Part shown: positions 1-12,974 of the stretch, one piece after another | Numbering within the stretch: position 1 is the first letter of the stretch | Layout: every line of letters begins with the position of its first letter | NCBI GenBank assembly: GCA_951406725.2 | Contig: OX597818.1 | Location: forward strand, 4,650,001-4,714,000 | Direction of reading: 5' to 3' | Length of the DNA stretch: 64,000 bases | From: Octopus vulgaris | Taxonomy: Eukaryota | Made by a program: the position numbers and the translations under genes | Notes under the pieces: model-generated | Told to the model about the DNA's origin: nothing | Databases searched by the model: none | Seen by the model: only the letters and a program-made list of their open reading frames with translations

Positions 1-1418
1 TAAAGAATCTTGCAAACCAAAAACGAAATAAGAAAAAGTTTATTTTTTACAAAAGTTCATCATCATCATCATCTAGCATTTAAAATCCGGGTTTTGTTCC
101 CATTAACAGAGATGGCCAGATCTACTTCAATGCCATAGCAACTGAGGTAGGCAGGTGCAGCTCACCCCAATCTTTGGGCTGGCTAGTGCCCATTCTCCTT
201 TGGTTTCATGAGGCTTTTTTGGAACTGGATTTTCTTCAGGGAGCATGCCCTTGTTTACCCCCAGCCTCAGTTTCTAGACATGAGTAGTCCCAAGACCAAG
301 GCCTCTACCACGATTTTTAAGAAATGTGGTGGAAAACTAGCTCAAGAAGGCAGGGATGCTACTCCCTGAGGAAGGTAGGAACACTACTCCCCGAGTCCCC
401 TTTCGGAGCCCAGCCCCTACTTCACGAAATCAGCTAAGCAAATGAACACAACACATTAAAACATTATAACATAATCTGAAAAACTATTTCAGAAAATTAC
501 CTCCGTTCTCTTTGAGTATATAAGAAACAAATCTTGCTGGGGCAAAATGAGTAAGACAAGATATAGTAAATTTGTTTCTTCACTTCTCCAGAATTACATT
601 TGAGAAAAGACTCATACTCATTCATATCTATCCTTAGACACTACGAAGATCAGAAATGCAACAAAAATTTTATATATCTAGGTCAAATTGAAAGAGGATG
701 TTAGTTCATAATGTGAAATTAACAAAACTTGACTAAATCTAAAAACTGAACAAGAAATATTCTTTATAGCTTCTTCACAATCTGTTTGAGTGGCACTCTT
801 CACTATGCAGTTAAAAAGAAGAAATAATTGAAATTACTCATTACACATTTTACTCCAGTTTAGACATCATTCTTTGAAAACTGAAAATTATTAAATTAGA
901 CATTGGTGTGAGGAAAAATTTGATTTGGAACCCGAAAGAGAAAAGAATATTGATTGTTAAGCACCAAAAATTATCGAGATATTTCATTAGCAATCCCAAT
1001 TACAGTTGGGTCAAAGTTGAGGAAAAATTTCTTCAAAAAGAAAGTACCTGTCATCTGACAATGTTTCAAACTCTCAACATAAGTAACTATGCCGACCAAC
1101 TTTTATTCTCACTGATGATGCGATACTTGCAATGTAAGGGTTTCAAACAGGTGTGGAGAAAATAAGAAATTACTCACTTCATTCCACTGTGTGTGTGTGT
1201 GTGTGTAAATTCAGATTATGTAGCAGAAGCAGCTCTATAATGTAAATGTTATCAATACCACATATTTAAGATGTGGTTAAGTATGTAGTTTTATGTTTAT
1301 ATATGTGGAAGCAGTGGTTTTATGCTTAAGAGAAATCCTTTAAAGATGTACAGTGTTAAATACATATTATATATGGGGATAGTGATTCAAATAAGCATGA
1401 ATAGTCTTGATATATATA

Positions 1419-1975
1419 TCATCATCATCATTTAACGTCCACTTTCCATGCTAGCATGGGTTGGACAATTTGACTGAGGACTGGCAAACCAGATGGCTGC
1501 ACCAGGCTCCAATCTGATCTGGCAGAGTTTCTACAGCTGGATGCCTTTCCTAACGTCAAGCACTCCGAGAGTGTAGTGGGTGCTTTTACATGCCATCAGC
1601 ACGAGGGCCAGTCAGGTGGTACTGGCAATGGCTACACTCAAATGGTGTTTCTTACATGCCACCTGCACAGGAACCAGTCCAGTGGCAACGACTTTGCTTG
1701 AATGCTTTTTCATGTGCCACTGGTACGGAAGCCAGTCAGCTGCTCTGGCAATGATCTCGCTTGGATGGTGCTTTTAGTGCTCCACTGGCACAGGTGCCAG
1801 TCATTGAATTTGATTCGATTTCAATTTCACTTACCTCAACAGGTCTTCACAAGTAGAGTTTAGTGTCCAATGAAGGAAAGGTATGCATAAGTGGGCTGGT
1901 TACACCCCGGCATAGGCCACGGATTATGATCTCACTTGGCTTGCTGGGTCTTCTCACACACTGCATGTTTTCAAA
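1419..1975 (-). mobile_element. RTE LINE 3'-end fragment (3' UTR with (CAT)n tail)
   Basis: Reverse complement of the 3' UTR of the RTE copies at 6530-6697 and 63820-63998; (CAT)n tail at 1419-1431. Confidence 0.8.
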
Positions 1976-2282
1976 ATATATATATATATATCAACCTTAT
2001 ACATCTACTCCTCTATTTCTGCACAGATCATAAACCCCTTATTAGTTCTTTTCATTATTCTATCTATTTCATTACCTTTTAAACATAGTTTCATCTTCCT
2101 CACTTAAGATAACGTAAGTTCCTTCATGCATATTTGTTATTCGTTACCTATTCATTTATTCAAGTTTGTCACATCGTTACTTATTTCTCTAATTTTGTCA
2201 CAGATTGGCTGACTTTAAATTCTAAGATTTTTCAATTCTATTTCACTATTATCAGCATTTGCTGTTTCATTAAATTATGTTA

Positions 2283-2495
2283 ACGGTAGCACGCCGGGCA
2301 AAATGTGTAGCCGTATTTCGTCTGCCGTTACGTTTTGAGTTCAAATTCCACCGAGGTCGACTTTGCCTTTCATCCTTTCAGGGTCGATAAATTAAGTACC
2401 AGTTACGCACTGGGGTCGATGGAATCGACTTAATCGCTTTGTCTGTCCTTGTTTGTCCCCTCTGTGTTTAGCCCCTTGTGGGTAGTAAAGAAATA
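2283..2495 (+). mobile_element. SINE family C copy
   Basis: B-box-like GAGTTCAAATTCC and body 'gactttgcctttcatcc...aattaagtaccagtt' shared with 24171-24392, 29721-29935 and 30400-30660. Confidence 0.65.
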
Positions 2496-2929
2496 TATAT
2501 GTTACCCAAAATCCCAAAAGAATATTTTTATCCCTCGGGTTCTATCCCTGACCACCATAACTGTAGCCCCCTCTCTCTGTGCTTCACTCTGTCTCTCTCT
2601 TTGTTTCGATTACCACTTGCTTTGCCAACACTCCCCCCTCCTCCACCACCCAATATAAACTAGCACATGCACTCGGATTCCCCTAATCAATTTTTAATAA
2701 CTCCCCTGAAAGAATACGAATCCAGAAAATGCTCTTGTCTAATTTTGCTATTTCGCGGTATGCAAGCCCTCCCACCCCTCCACCTGTATTGGAAGTCTCT
2801 ATCCTCTTTCATCCTTTGGTTGTCTCCCATGAACACTTCTAAAGGCTTAACGCCATCCCCACACCTACTTAGGGTTCATCTCCTATGTAAGGTAGTGATC
2901 ATATAGTGCATAAAAATGATGGTGTAGTG

Positions 2930-5900
2930 TATGCAGGCTGAAGGCTATTGTTTTTTTTATGAATTCTGCCAAATGCGAGCTTTCTTTTCAGGTACATAAC
3001 AATTCTGTCCCCTATCCCAGGGTCTCACGAGCCCACACCTCTCACACCCTCAGAGTTGGCACACTCAACATGGGCACACTGAAAGGTAAGTCAGGTGAGA
3101 TTGTTGAGATGCTTGAATGGACACATGTAGATTTGTGCTGCCTCCATGAAGTAAGATAGTAAGGAGGTTCTGCTAGGTTTCTCACAGGTAAAGAACACAG
3201 GTACAAGATTTTCTGGGCAGGGACCACTGATGGGGTCGGGGACGTGGGTATACTTCTTGTGGAGAAATGGGTTGATAAGGTAATCGAGGTAGTCAGAGTA
3301 TGCGACAGAATACTTAAGATTAGATTAGTGCTCCATCATGGGTTAGCAACCATTATCTCGGCCTATGCTCCTCAGCCAGGGCTACCTGATGGACAGAAAG
3401 ACCGATTTTATGACACCCTCTTGCAGACTACCTTGTTGACGAATGACAAGGACCTTCTCTTTGTAGCTGGTGACTTCAATAGACATGTTGGACAACATGC
3501 AGGGGCTTCCATGGTGAACATGGAGGCTAGAGTTTTGATTCCCATAATGAGGAGGGAACCAGGCTGCTGGAGTTCTGCAATGCAAATGATCTTATAGTTT
3601 GCAATACTAATTTCTGCAAACCTGCCAGCCACCTAGTCACCTACTATACTGGCACACACACTAGCCAAATTGACTACATCCTCGCCAGAAAAAGGGAAAG
3701 ATGGCTGCTTATAAATGCCAAAACCTTCCCAGGCAAAGAATGTACCCCACAACATAGACTAGTAGTTAGCGACTTCAGGATCAGGGCTAAATGGATACCC
3801 AGAAGACGACCAGCATGGAGGAGAAGGGTCTGGAAGCTTAAAGGTCCTGCAAATGGACAGAGATTTAGAGACGTATTACTTGAAGCCTTTGACGAAATAG
3901 AAGAGGATATAGCATCACATGATGTGGAAGACAAATGGAGGTTTCTACGGGACAACCTGCTGAGGGCCACTGGCCAGATCAGTGGATGGTGCAAAGTCCC
4001 CTCTCAACCCAAGGTAACGTGGTGGGGGAACAATGTTGTTGACAGAGCTATTAGAAAAAAGAAACAGGCTTGGAAAGACTGGAAGAACAGTGGTAATAGG
4101 GAGTTGTATCAGACTGCCAGGAGGGAAGCTAGGGAAGCAGATAAGAAAAAATTTACCAATGTTCAGCGTTGTGAGGACCAAAGGTTTGAAGTATTTCATG
4201 TTGCAAAACAGTGTGTGAGAGAGAATCATGATGTCATAGGAGAGAAATGTATCCGCATGGATGATGGTTCACTTGCATTACAGGAGGCTACAAACAGAGA
4301 GGTTTGGAGACGCCACTATGAAAGGTTGCTCAATAAAGGGAATGAATGGGAGAAAGAGAGTCTGCCAAATGTCGACCCAACAGAGGGACCAGCTATCCGA
4401 ATTGACAGTACCTTTGTACATAAAGTAATTAAGGGAATGAAGACAGAGAAAGCCCCCAGCCCATCAGGTATCACCACAGTGATGCTCAAAATATCTGGCA
4501 GTGTTGGCTATAGCCTAGTCACCCATATAGTTAACCAGGTGATACACGAAGGAGTCATACCCAATGACTGGTGTAGCAGCATAATAGTCAACTGCTACAA
4601 AGGTAAAGGTGACGGTTTAGATACAAATAATTACAGAGGTATCAAGTTGTTGGATCAGGTAATGAAGGTCACGGAGAGGGTCTTAGCCCAACTAATTAGG
4701 GAGAGAGTTAGTTTAGATGAGATGCAGTTTGGGTTCATGCAAGGGAAAAGCACCACTGATGCTATATTTCTGGTAAGACAGCAGCAGGAGAAATACCTAG
4801 CCAAAGATAAACCCCTGTACCTGGCTTTTGTTGACATGGAGAAAGCCTTTAACAGGGACCCCTGATCCCTTATCTGGTGGTCAACGAGGAAACTAGGGAT
4901 AGATGAATGGTTAGTGAGAGCTGTGCAACCCATGTACAGAGATGCTGTCAGTAAGGTGAGGGCTGACAACGAGTACCGTGAAGCATTCCGAGTAGGGGTA
5001 GGGGTCCACCAAGGATAAGTCCTCTTATTCATCATAGTCCTCAAGGCAATAAGAGAGGAATTCAAGACAGAGTGCCCCTGGGAGCTCCTCAATGCTGATA
5101 GCCTTGACTCTAATTGCTGAGTCACTATCAGAACTAGAGGAAAAGTTTCAGGTGTGGAAGCAAGGATTAGAATCAAAGGGCTTAGAGTCAACCTAACTAA
5201 AACCAAAATCTTAATAAGTAGGAAGGCAGACAAACCACAAATCCCTTCAGGTAGATGGCCCTGCTCAATCTGTAGAAAAGGCGTAGGTAGAAACTCTATA
5301 AAATGTACCCAGTGTAAGCTATGGATACATAAGAGGTGCAGCAATATCAAAGGGAGGCTAACTGAGTTACCTAGGTGACCAAGTCAGTAGCAGGGGTGGA
5401 TGCTCTGAAAGTGTAGCTGCTAGAATAAGAATAGCCAGGGCAAAGTTCAGAGAGCTTCTTCTGCTGGTGACAATGGGCCTCTCACTCAGATTAAAAGGTA
5501 GACTGCCTGATGCATGTGTATGAAGAGCCATGCTACTTGGCAGTGAAACATGGGCCGTGACATCTGAGGACATGTGTAACTTTGCAAGGAATGAAACCAG
5601 TATGCTCTGCTGGATGTGTAATGTCAGTGTGCATACACGACAGAGTGTAAGTGCCCTGAGAGAAAAGTTGGACTTAAGAAGCATCAGATGTGGTGTGCAA
5701 GAGAGGTGACTGTGCTGGTATGGTCATGTTTTGCAAATGAATTAGGACAGCTGTGTGAAAAAGTGTCACACCCTAGCAGTTGAGGAACCTGTGGAAGAGG
5801 TAGACCCAGGAAAACCTGGGAAGAGGTAGTGAAGCATGATCATCAAACATTGGGCCTTATCGAGACAATGACTAGTGATTGGGACCTTTGGAGATATGTT

Positions 5901-6697
5901 GTGCTTGAGAAGACCCGACAAGCCAAGTGAGACCATAGCCCATAGCCTATGCCAGTGGATGTAACCAGCCAATTTATGACTACTCCTCATTCATTGGACA
6001 ATAAACCTTGCTTGTAAAGACCTATTGAGGCAAGTGAAATCAAAATCAAAATTGCTGATGTGGCCAACGACAGTATTGCCTGATTGGCACATTAAAAGCA
6101 CATCCGAACATGGGGTGTAACCGGCCCACTTATGAGTACCCCTCATTCATTGGACAATGAACTTTGCTTGCGAAGACCTATTGAGGCAAGTGTAAACAAA
6201 CCAAAATCACTGACGTGGTCGATGATAGTACCGCCTGATTGGCACTTGGGCCAGTGGAATGTTAAAAGCACATCCAAGTGTGATTGTTGCCAGGGCCACG
6301 GATTGGCTCCCGTGCTGGTGACATGTGAAAAGCACCATTTGAGTGTGATTGTTGCCAGCATCGCCTTACTGGTACATGTGCCAGTGGCACGTGAAAAATG
6401 AGATTCGAACATGGTCATTGCCTGTGCCGCTTGGACTGGCTCCTGTGCAGGTAGTATGTAAAATCACTTTTAGAGTGTGGACGTTGCCAGAACCACCTGA
6501 CTGGCCCTCATGCCAGTGGCACGTAAAAAGCAACCACTACACTCTCAGAGTGGTTGGTATTAGGAAACGCATCCAGCTGTAGAAACTTTGCCAGATCAGA
6601 TTGAGTCAGGTGCAGCCTCTGGTTCACTAGTCCTCAGTCAAGCCGTCCAACCAATACCAACATGGAAAGTGGACATTAGACAATGATGATGATAATG
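2930..6697 (+). mobile_element. Near full-length but disrupted RTE-clade LINE (APE endonuclease + RT + 3' UTR)
   Basis: ORF pieces give APE motifs (LRVGTLNMGTL, IISAYAPQ, VAGDFN) and RT motifs (NYRGIKLL, QFGFMQGKSTTDAIF, LAFVDMEKAF). Multiple stops and frameshifts, a (GAT)n tail, and a ~156-bp tandem duplication in the UTR (5961/6117). The 5' boundary is approximate. Confidence 0.93.
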
Positions 6698-6698
6698 A

Positions 6699-6735
<37 letters not shown>

Positions 6736-6796
6736 TACATATAATGAAATATATTCAGAAGATAGACACATATGTACAAGCATATAGATATTTATA

Positions 6797-7134
6797 TTGA
6801 GACCCCCTTCGGTCATGACTGACCGTGGGATTGCACCTAGAAAGTTACCCTCCCAGGCACAAGTCCAGGCAAGGTTGTTTTATGCAAGACCAGCAGTCAC
6901 CCATGCATACCAGCCTCCCCTCTCCACACCACCAGTGTTATCCAAGGGAAAAGCAACAGCAGACACAACTTGGCACCAGTGAGTCACAACTCATTTCTAC
7001 AGCTGTGTGAACTGGAGCAACGTGAAATAAAGTGACTTGCTCAAGAACACAACACACAGCCCGGTCCGGGATTCGAACTCACAACCTCATGATCATAAGC
7101 TCGACGCTCTAACCACTGAGCCATGCGCCTTCAC
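6797..7134 (-). mobile_element. tRNA-derived SINE family B
   Basis: Minus strand has A box TGGCTCAGTGG and B box GTTCGAATCC; reverse complement of 54684-55035. Confidence 0.88.
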
Positions 7135-7239
7135 AGATATTTATATATATATAATTAATAAGGTTGAAAATGGAGAAATTCAATGGATATAAATTAGTTC
7201 ATTAATATTGCCTACAATTGTTTTACTTTGCACCCAATT

Positions 7240-8878
7240 TAAATTACAAAACATGTATAATAATATAAGTTTGCATTTTGAGTACCCTGGGTGGGAGATC
7301 TTCAGGGCAAAATGGACATTACAGAGTTTACATTTAGGATCAATTGAAATACTCCAACAAACTAAGCAGACTTGTTTAATGTGTGTATGTGTGTGTGTGT
7401 ATAGACAAATAAATTTACATAGAGCATAAAAAATTCAGAATACTAAGGAGAGAATGCATAGTTTTTTAACTAAATTATTAACCAATGACAATATTTTCAA
7501 ACTTAATGAAGACTACTATAACTTGGCAGTTAGGAAAACAGGATATAAGGATAAAATTAAGCCAAATAATGAATCTGATTTAAATAGCAATTTTAATAAT
7601 GCAGATCTAAAATCTAGTACTATAAACAAATCTACTTATAAGAAATGTAGTAATGGGGATTTAAAATCAAATATAGAAGATAAAATAACAAGAGCATTGA
7701 TTTTAATACAGAAAATAAACAAATGAACAATTATAATTCAAACAAAAGGTAAAATCATAAGATTGTTGATAACTGGTTTAAAAATCCTCATACTGCTAAT
7801 AGAAGTGAGGATGTAGTATTCTCTAATAAAATCTCAAATTCTTTTAATATTAAAGATAAAAATAAAATAAATACTAACTTTAAAATGGACTGAAATCAGA
7901 GAATACTTATTCCTTCTAAAAATGGGTATAAACATCAAGATTATGATCTCAACTTGAAAAATACTTTATGGTTAATCATTCCATTTGGTAAACAGGTAGA
8001 TTGCAATTTTTCTAAATTGTTTAATACAGCAATTCAAAAATATTCTCCAAACAATCACAAATATTACAAAATTTTAAACAAACATATGATTAGATTGGTT
8101 TTTTGTCTTAGCAGAAACATTGCACAAATTATAGCAGCACATAATGTTAAAATAATATCAATACTTCAAAAAAGCAATTATAATCAGAATAGTGTAGTAA
8201 ATATTAGGCATAATAATATCAAACAGAATAAAAAATAAAAAAACTCAAATAGAAGGGAACACTAGGAATTTAAATGTTGTGGAAAGGGGAACAACCCAAT
8301 AATGTCAAATTGAATAGAAGGTCAGCTAGATAACATTATCTAAATGAGTAAATAGTAATAAAGATCAAGGTGGAAATGAATTTAATTCTACAATGAATGA
8401 CTAAATTAAAATTAAATCTGAGAGAAATATAAAAGAATATCTTTGCAATTGTTCTAAATTGGAATACTGTTATGTGGAAAATAAGTACAAGACTAAAAAT
8501 GTAATACAGTGATGTAAAGTTACATCTGAGGGTAAGGAATTCTTTTACATCGGTGGGACATCATAATTTTTAAGAGGAGACTTGCAAATCATTTGAATTT
8601 ATTTAAAGACAAAAATAAATGGTTCCAAATGAGTCTTAGCAAATTAATCTGGTCTTTGAAGGTCAGTAACAAAGACTATGCTAATAAATGGGAATTAAAT
8701 TGTATTGCAAAACCATACAGACCTGGTGCCAATAGATGTGACCTATGTTTATAAGAATTTTACTTGATTTTCACATACAAAGCTAATGTAATAAATTCTA
8801 GAAAGGTGCAAACTTTGAGATGCTTGCACATGAGGAAATTCACATTTGCCAAGTATAAATGGATAATTATCATTTGAA
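7240..8878 (+). mobile_element. Degenerate Penelope-like element, linker and GIY-YIG region (Naiad-like)
   Basis: ORF 7954-8238 (LWLIIPFGKQV...KYYKILNKHMIRLVF...IIAAHN) matches the PLE linker. Downstream broken frames give CNC, FFYIGG, LSKLIWSLK, KPYRPGANRCDLC. An RTE abuts it at 8879. Confidence 0.7.
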
Positions 8879-11172
8879 CATCATCATCATCATCATCATC
8901 GTTGTTTAACGTCCGTTTTCCGCGCTAGCACGGGTTGGACAGTTCGACCGGGGTCTGGGAAGCCAGGGGCTGCACCAGGCTCCAGTCTGATCTGGCAGTG
9001 TTTCTACAGCTGGATGCCCTTCCTAATGCCAACCACTCCGCGAGTGTAGTGGGTGCTTTTTATGTGCCACCGGCACAGGTGCCAGGGGAGTCTGGCATTG
9101 GCCACAATCGGTTGGTGCTTTTAACGTGCCACCGGCATGGAAGCCAGTCTAGGTGGCGCTGGCATCGGCCACGTTCGGATGGTGCTTTTTATGTGCCACC
9201 GGCACAGAAGCCAGTCGAGGCGGCGCTGGCATCAGCCACGTTCGGATGGTGCTTTTTATGTGTCACCGGCACAGGTATCACAACTACTATTTCCATTGAT
9301 ATTTATTTCGATGTTCATGTACTTGACTCAATAGGTCTCCTCAAGCACAGCGGGATGTTCTAGAATCCAAGGTACTTTGAATAGGCAGGGGCTATGTGAA
9401 ACTGGTGCAGGAAGCAGCCCGGGCCTTTGCAGTCACAGCATATCTCCAGAGATCTCAGTCCTTCGCCATTGCCTCTGTGAGGCCCAACGCTCTGAGGTCA
9501 TGCTTGACTACCTCATCCCATGTCTTCCTGATACCTTCAACTGTTTGGGAGTGGCACTTCTTCACACATCTCTCCTCATCCATCCGCAGTACATGACCAT
9601 ACCATCGCAAGTGTCGCTCTTGCACACCACATCTGATGCTTGTTATGTCCAGCATTTCTCTCAGGGTGCTTACCCTCTGTCGTGCGTGCACACTGACATT
9701 ACACATCCAACGGATCATGCTAGTTTCATTTCTTTCAAGTATACGCATGTCCTCTGCAGTCATGGCCCATGTTTCACTACTGTGAAGCATGGCAGTTCGC
9801 ACACATGCATCATACAATCTACCTTTCACTCTGAGCGAGAGACCCTTTGTCGCCAGTAGGGGTAGGAGCTTTCTAAACTTTGCCCAGGCTATTCGTATTC
9901 TAGTGGTGACACTTTCTGAGCATCCACCCCCACTACTAAATTGGTCACCCAGGTAGCGGAAACTATCAACTACTTCTAGTTTCTCCCCCTGGAGTGTGAT
10001 GGAATCTGTTTTATGAGTATCTGTGGTGTCTATTGTCCCTGTGCATCTGCTGCACATGAAAGCTATCTTATCAGTTAATTTCCCTTTGATGTTGCTGCAC
10101 CTCTTATGCGTCCATAGCTTACACTGGGTACATCTTATGGACTTTCTACCTACACCTTTCCTACAGATCGAGCAGGGCCACCTGCCCAATGGGGTGTGTG
10201 CTGAGTTCGCCTTTCTGCTTACTATAACTTTGGTCTTTGCTACATTTACTCTAAGGCCCTTTGATTCTAACCCTTGCTTCCACACCCGAAATTTTTTTTC
10301 TAGTTCCGGTAGTGATTCTGCTATGAGAGCCAGGTCATCAGCATAGAGGAGCTCCCAGGGGCAACCTGTTTTGAATTCCTCTGTTATTGCCTGGAGGACT
10401 ATGATGAATAAAAGGGGACTGAGGGCTGAGCCTTGGTGTACACCTACTTCTACCAGGAATTCTTCACTATATTTGTTGCCAATCCTAACCTTGCTGACAG
10501 CCTCTCTGTATAGGGCCTGTACAGCCCTTATTAGCCATTCGTCAATCTCCAGTTTCCGCATCGACCACCAGATAAGGGATCGGGGGACCCTGTCAAAGGC
10601 TTTCTCCAAGTTCACAAAAGCTATGTAGAGGGGTTTATCTTTAGCTAGGTACTTCTCCTGCAGTTGTTGGACCAGGAATATAGCATCAGTGGTGCTTCTA
10701 CCCGGCACAAAACCGAACTGCATCTCATCTAAGCAAATTCTCTCCCTAATGAGATGGGTTATGACCCTCTCTGTGACCTTCATCACCTGATCCAACAGTT
10801 TAATACCCCTGTAGTTATTTCTGTCTAGAGCATCACCTTGTAGCAGTTGACTATGGTGCTGCTACGCCAGTCATTGGGTATGACTCCATTATGAACTACC
10901 TGGTTTACAATGCGGGTGACTAGGCCATAGCCCACATAACCAGCTGTTTTAAGCATCTCAGCAGTGATTCCTGATGGGCCGGGGGCTTTACCTGGTTTCA
11001 TACCCTTAATTGCCTTAACTACAAGGGAGCTGTCTATTCGGATAGCTGGTCCCTCTACTGGGTCAACATTTGGCAGGCTCTCCTCCTCCCATTCATTCTC
11101 CACATTCAACAGTCTTTCATAATGGCTTCTCCAAGCCTCTTTCTTTTCACCATCATTAAAGGCTAGTGCCCC
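8879..11172 (-). mobile_element. 5'-truncated, relatively young RTE LINE
   Basis: RT ORFs 10825-11109 and 9455-10795, 3' UTR repeat array at ~9050-9275, (CAT)n tail at 8879-8900. Confidence 0.93.
9455..10795 (-). pseudogene. RTE reverse transcriptase ORF fragment (446 aa) with PHD-type finger
   Basis: QFGFVPGRSTTDAIF, LEKAFDRV, GVHQGSALSPLLF, LLYADDL, then CSIC...CTQC...HKRC...CSRC, FRYLG, LRWYGHV. The endonuclease is missing and the upstream ORF piece is frameshifted. Confidence 0.9.
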
Positions 11173-11484
11173 AGGTTTTGAAATAATGGACTAAAAATAA
11201 TTATCTAATAAAAACTTGAAATGGAGATTGTTCGTGTCTAACTTAACAGACATTATACAATGCAGAGAAGATAAAAGAAAATATTTAAATGGCCAAATTG
11301 AAGGATATCAAGTAAAGACTCTGAAGTTTTATAGTAGGGTTGCAATTGCAACGGTTACTAAATGGTGCAATTGAAACATGTGTTGGTCTATGTAAGGCAG
11401 TATTGAAGATAATGCTATGCAATTATGTAGTAATTCTTATTATTAAAATAGTGTTAATATATATACATACAAATAAATATATCA

Positions 11485-11516
<32 letters not shown>

Positions 11517-11530
11517 GAGGAAAGCAATTA

Positions 11531-12305
11531 GTTTTAAACATCTGAGCAAGAAGTAGTAACAGTACTATAGAGTAAAATCTATTTGCCAATATATAGCGGC
11601 AGTCCTGGTTAGGACGATGTTACTACTTTTTTTAGCACCAGTAAACATCTGTTCCAGCTGGCTATCAACACACAACTGCGTCCTTATACCTCAAACAAGG
11701 GAGCTAATGCCTCCACTCAACCTTAAAAGGTACCTGTGGATACCTGTGGACCATGGTTTCTGAGTTGTTTCCCTTCATCAGCACAGGAAAACGGTTGGCT
11801 AGAGATGGCAGCACTAGGCCTTGTTTGAGGTATATACTTTTAAAGTAACACACAGACACTGATCCTGTAAAGAGGAAAACAATAAGTTTTAAATCTCCGA
11901 GCAAGAAGTAAGTAGTAACAGTACTACAGAATAAAATCTATTTGCCAATGTAAAGTGGCAGTCCTGATTAGGACGATGTTACTTCCTTTTTTTAGCTTCA
12001 GGAAAACATTTTTTCCAGCTGGCTACTGATGCACAACTGTGTCCTTATATCTCGAACAAAGGAGCTAATGTCACCACTCAGCCTTAAACAGTACCTACAA
12101 ACCATGAAGAGAAATAACCCAGAAACCATGGTCCACAGGTACTGTTTAAGACTGAGTGGAGACATTAGCTCCCTCGTTCGAAGTATAAAGACACAGCTGT
12201 GCATCAGTAGCCAGCTGGAAAAAATGTTCCCCTGGAGCTAAAGAAGGCAGTAACGTTGTCCTAATCAGGACTGTCACTTTATGTTAGTAAATTGATTTTA
12301 CTCTA
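11531..12305. repeat. Tandem (~355-bp unit) plus inverted repeat carrying hammerhead motifs (retrozyme or PLE pLTR-like)
   Basis: The unit starts at 11531 and again at 11886. Segments 11927-12096 and 12137-12305 are inverted copies around a 40-bp spacer. Confidence 0.85.
11743..11787 (-). ncRNA. Type I hammerhead ribozyme (minimal)
   Basis: Minus strand reads CCTGTG-CTGATGA-AGGGAAACAACTCA-GAAA-CCATGGTC-CACAGG: perfect 6-bp stem I, canonical core, palindromic stem III (ACCATGGT), GUC cleavage triplet. Confidence 0.8.
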
Positions 12306-12453
12306 TGTATATATATGCACTCTATGTATATATATACACTCTGTGTATATATATGCACACACATACATATGCGTGTGTGTGTGCATGCGTGTGTTGTGTG
12401 TATATATATATATGTGTGTGTGTGTGTGTTATATACATATAAGCACACATATA

Positions 12454-12878
12454 GATGCTGTTGTGGCTGTGTGGTAAGAAGCTTGGTTTCCAACCACATG
12501 GTTCTGGGTTTAGTCCCACAGTATAGCACCTTCGGCAAGTGTTTTCTACTATAGCCTCAGGCCGGCCAAAACCTTGTGAGTGGTCAAACTATCTAACACA
12601 TGACAGCATGGACAACGGACATGAAATAATGATGACAATGATGATGATGTATATCTATGTGTGTGTGTCTTTCTGTCTATGTTTGTCCACCCCCCCACCA
12701 CTACTGCTTGACAACTAGGGTTGGTGTGTTTGCATAACATAGCGGCTTGCAAAAGAGATTGATAGAATAAGTACCAAGCTTAAAAGATAAGAAGTGGATT
12801 GATTCATTTGACAAAAAATTCAAGGCTGTGCCCCAGTATGGCCACAGTCTAATGACTGAAACAAGTAAAAGGAAAAGA
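12454..12878 (+). mobile_element. tRNA-derived SINE family A copy
   Basis: Head 'gtggctgtgtggtaagaagctt...caaccacatggttctgggtttagtccca' and tail 'tgactgaaacaagtaaaag', as at 29961-30368. Confidence 0.8.
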
Positions 12879-12974
12879 TACAATATATATATATACAGAG
12901 AAGATTCGAAAAATTATAACATATAGACACGTGGCGGGTTACTTATCGCCTCGTATCTATGTTTGATCCCTGGC

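Noticed and set aside
908-1165. 85-aa ORF and nearby minus-strand acceptors as further exons
   Set aside because: No recognisable motif; the phase-1 acceptors tested hit early stops or gave no BEN-like sequence.
4655-5350. 231-aa antisense ORF and similar ORFs (10023-10346, 18858-19499, 58271-58711)
   Set aside because: These are shadow frames on the opposite strand of RTE coding sequence.
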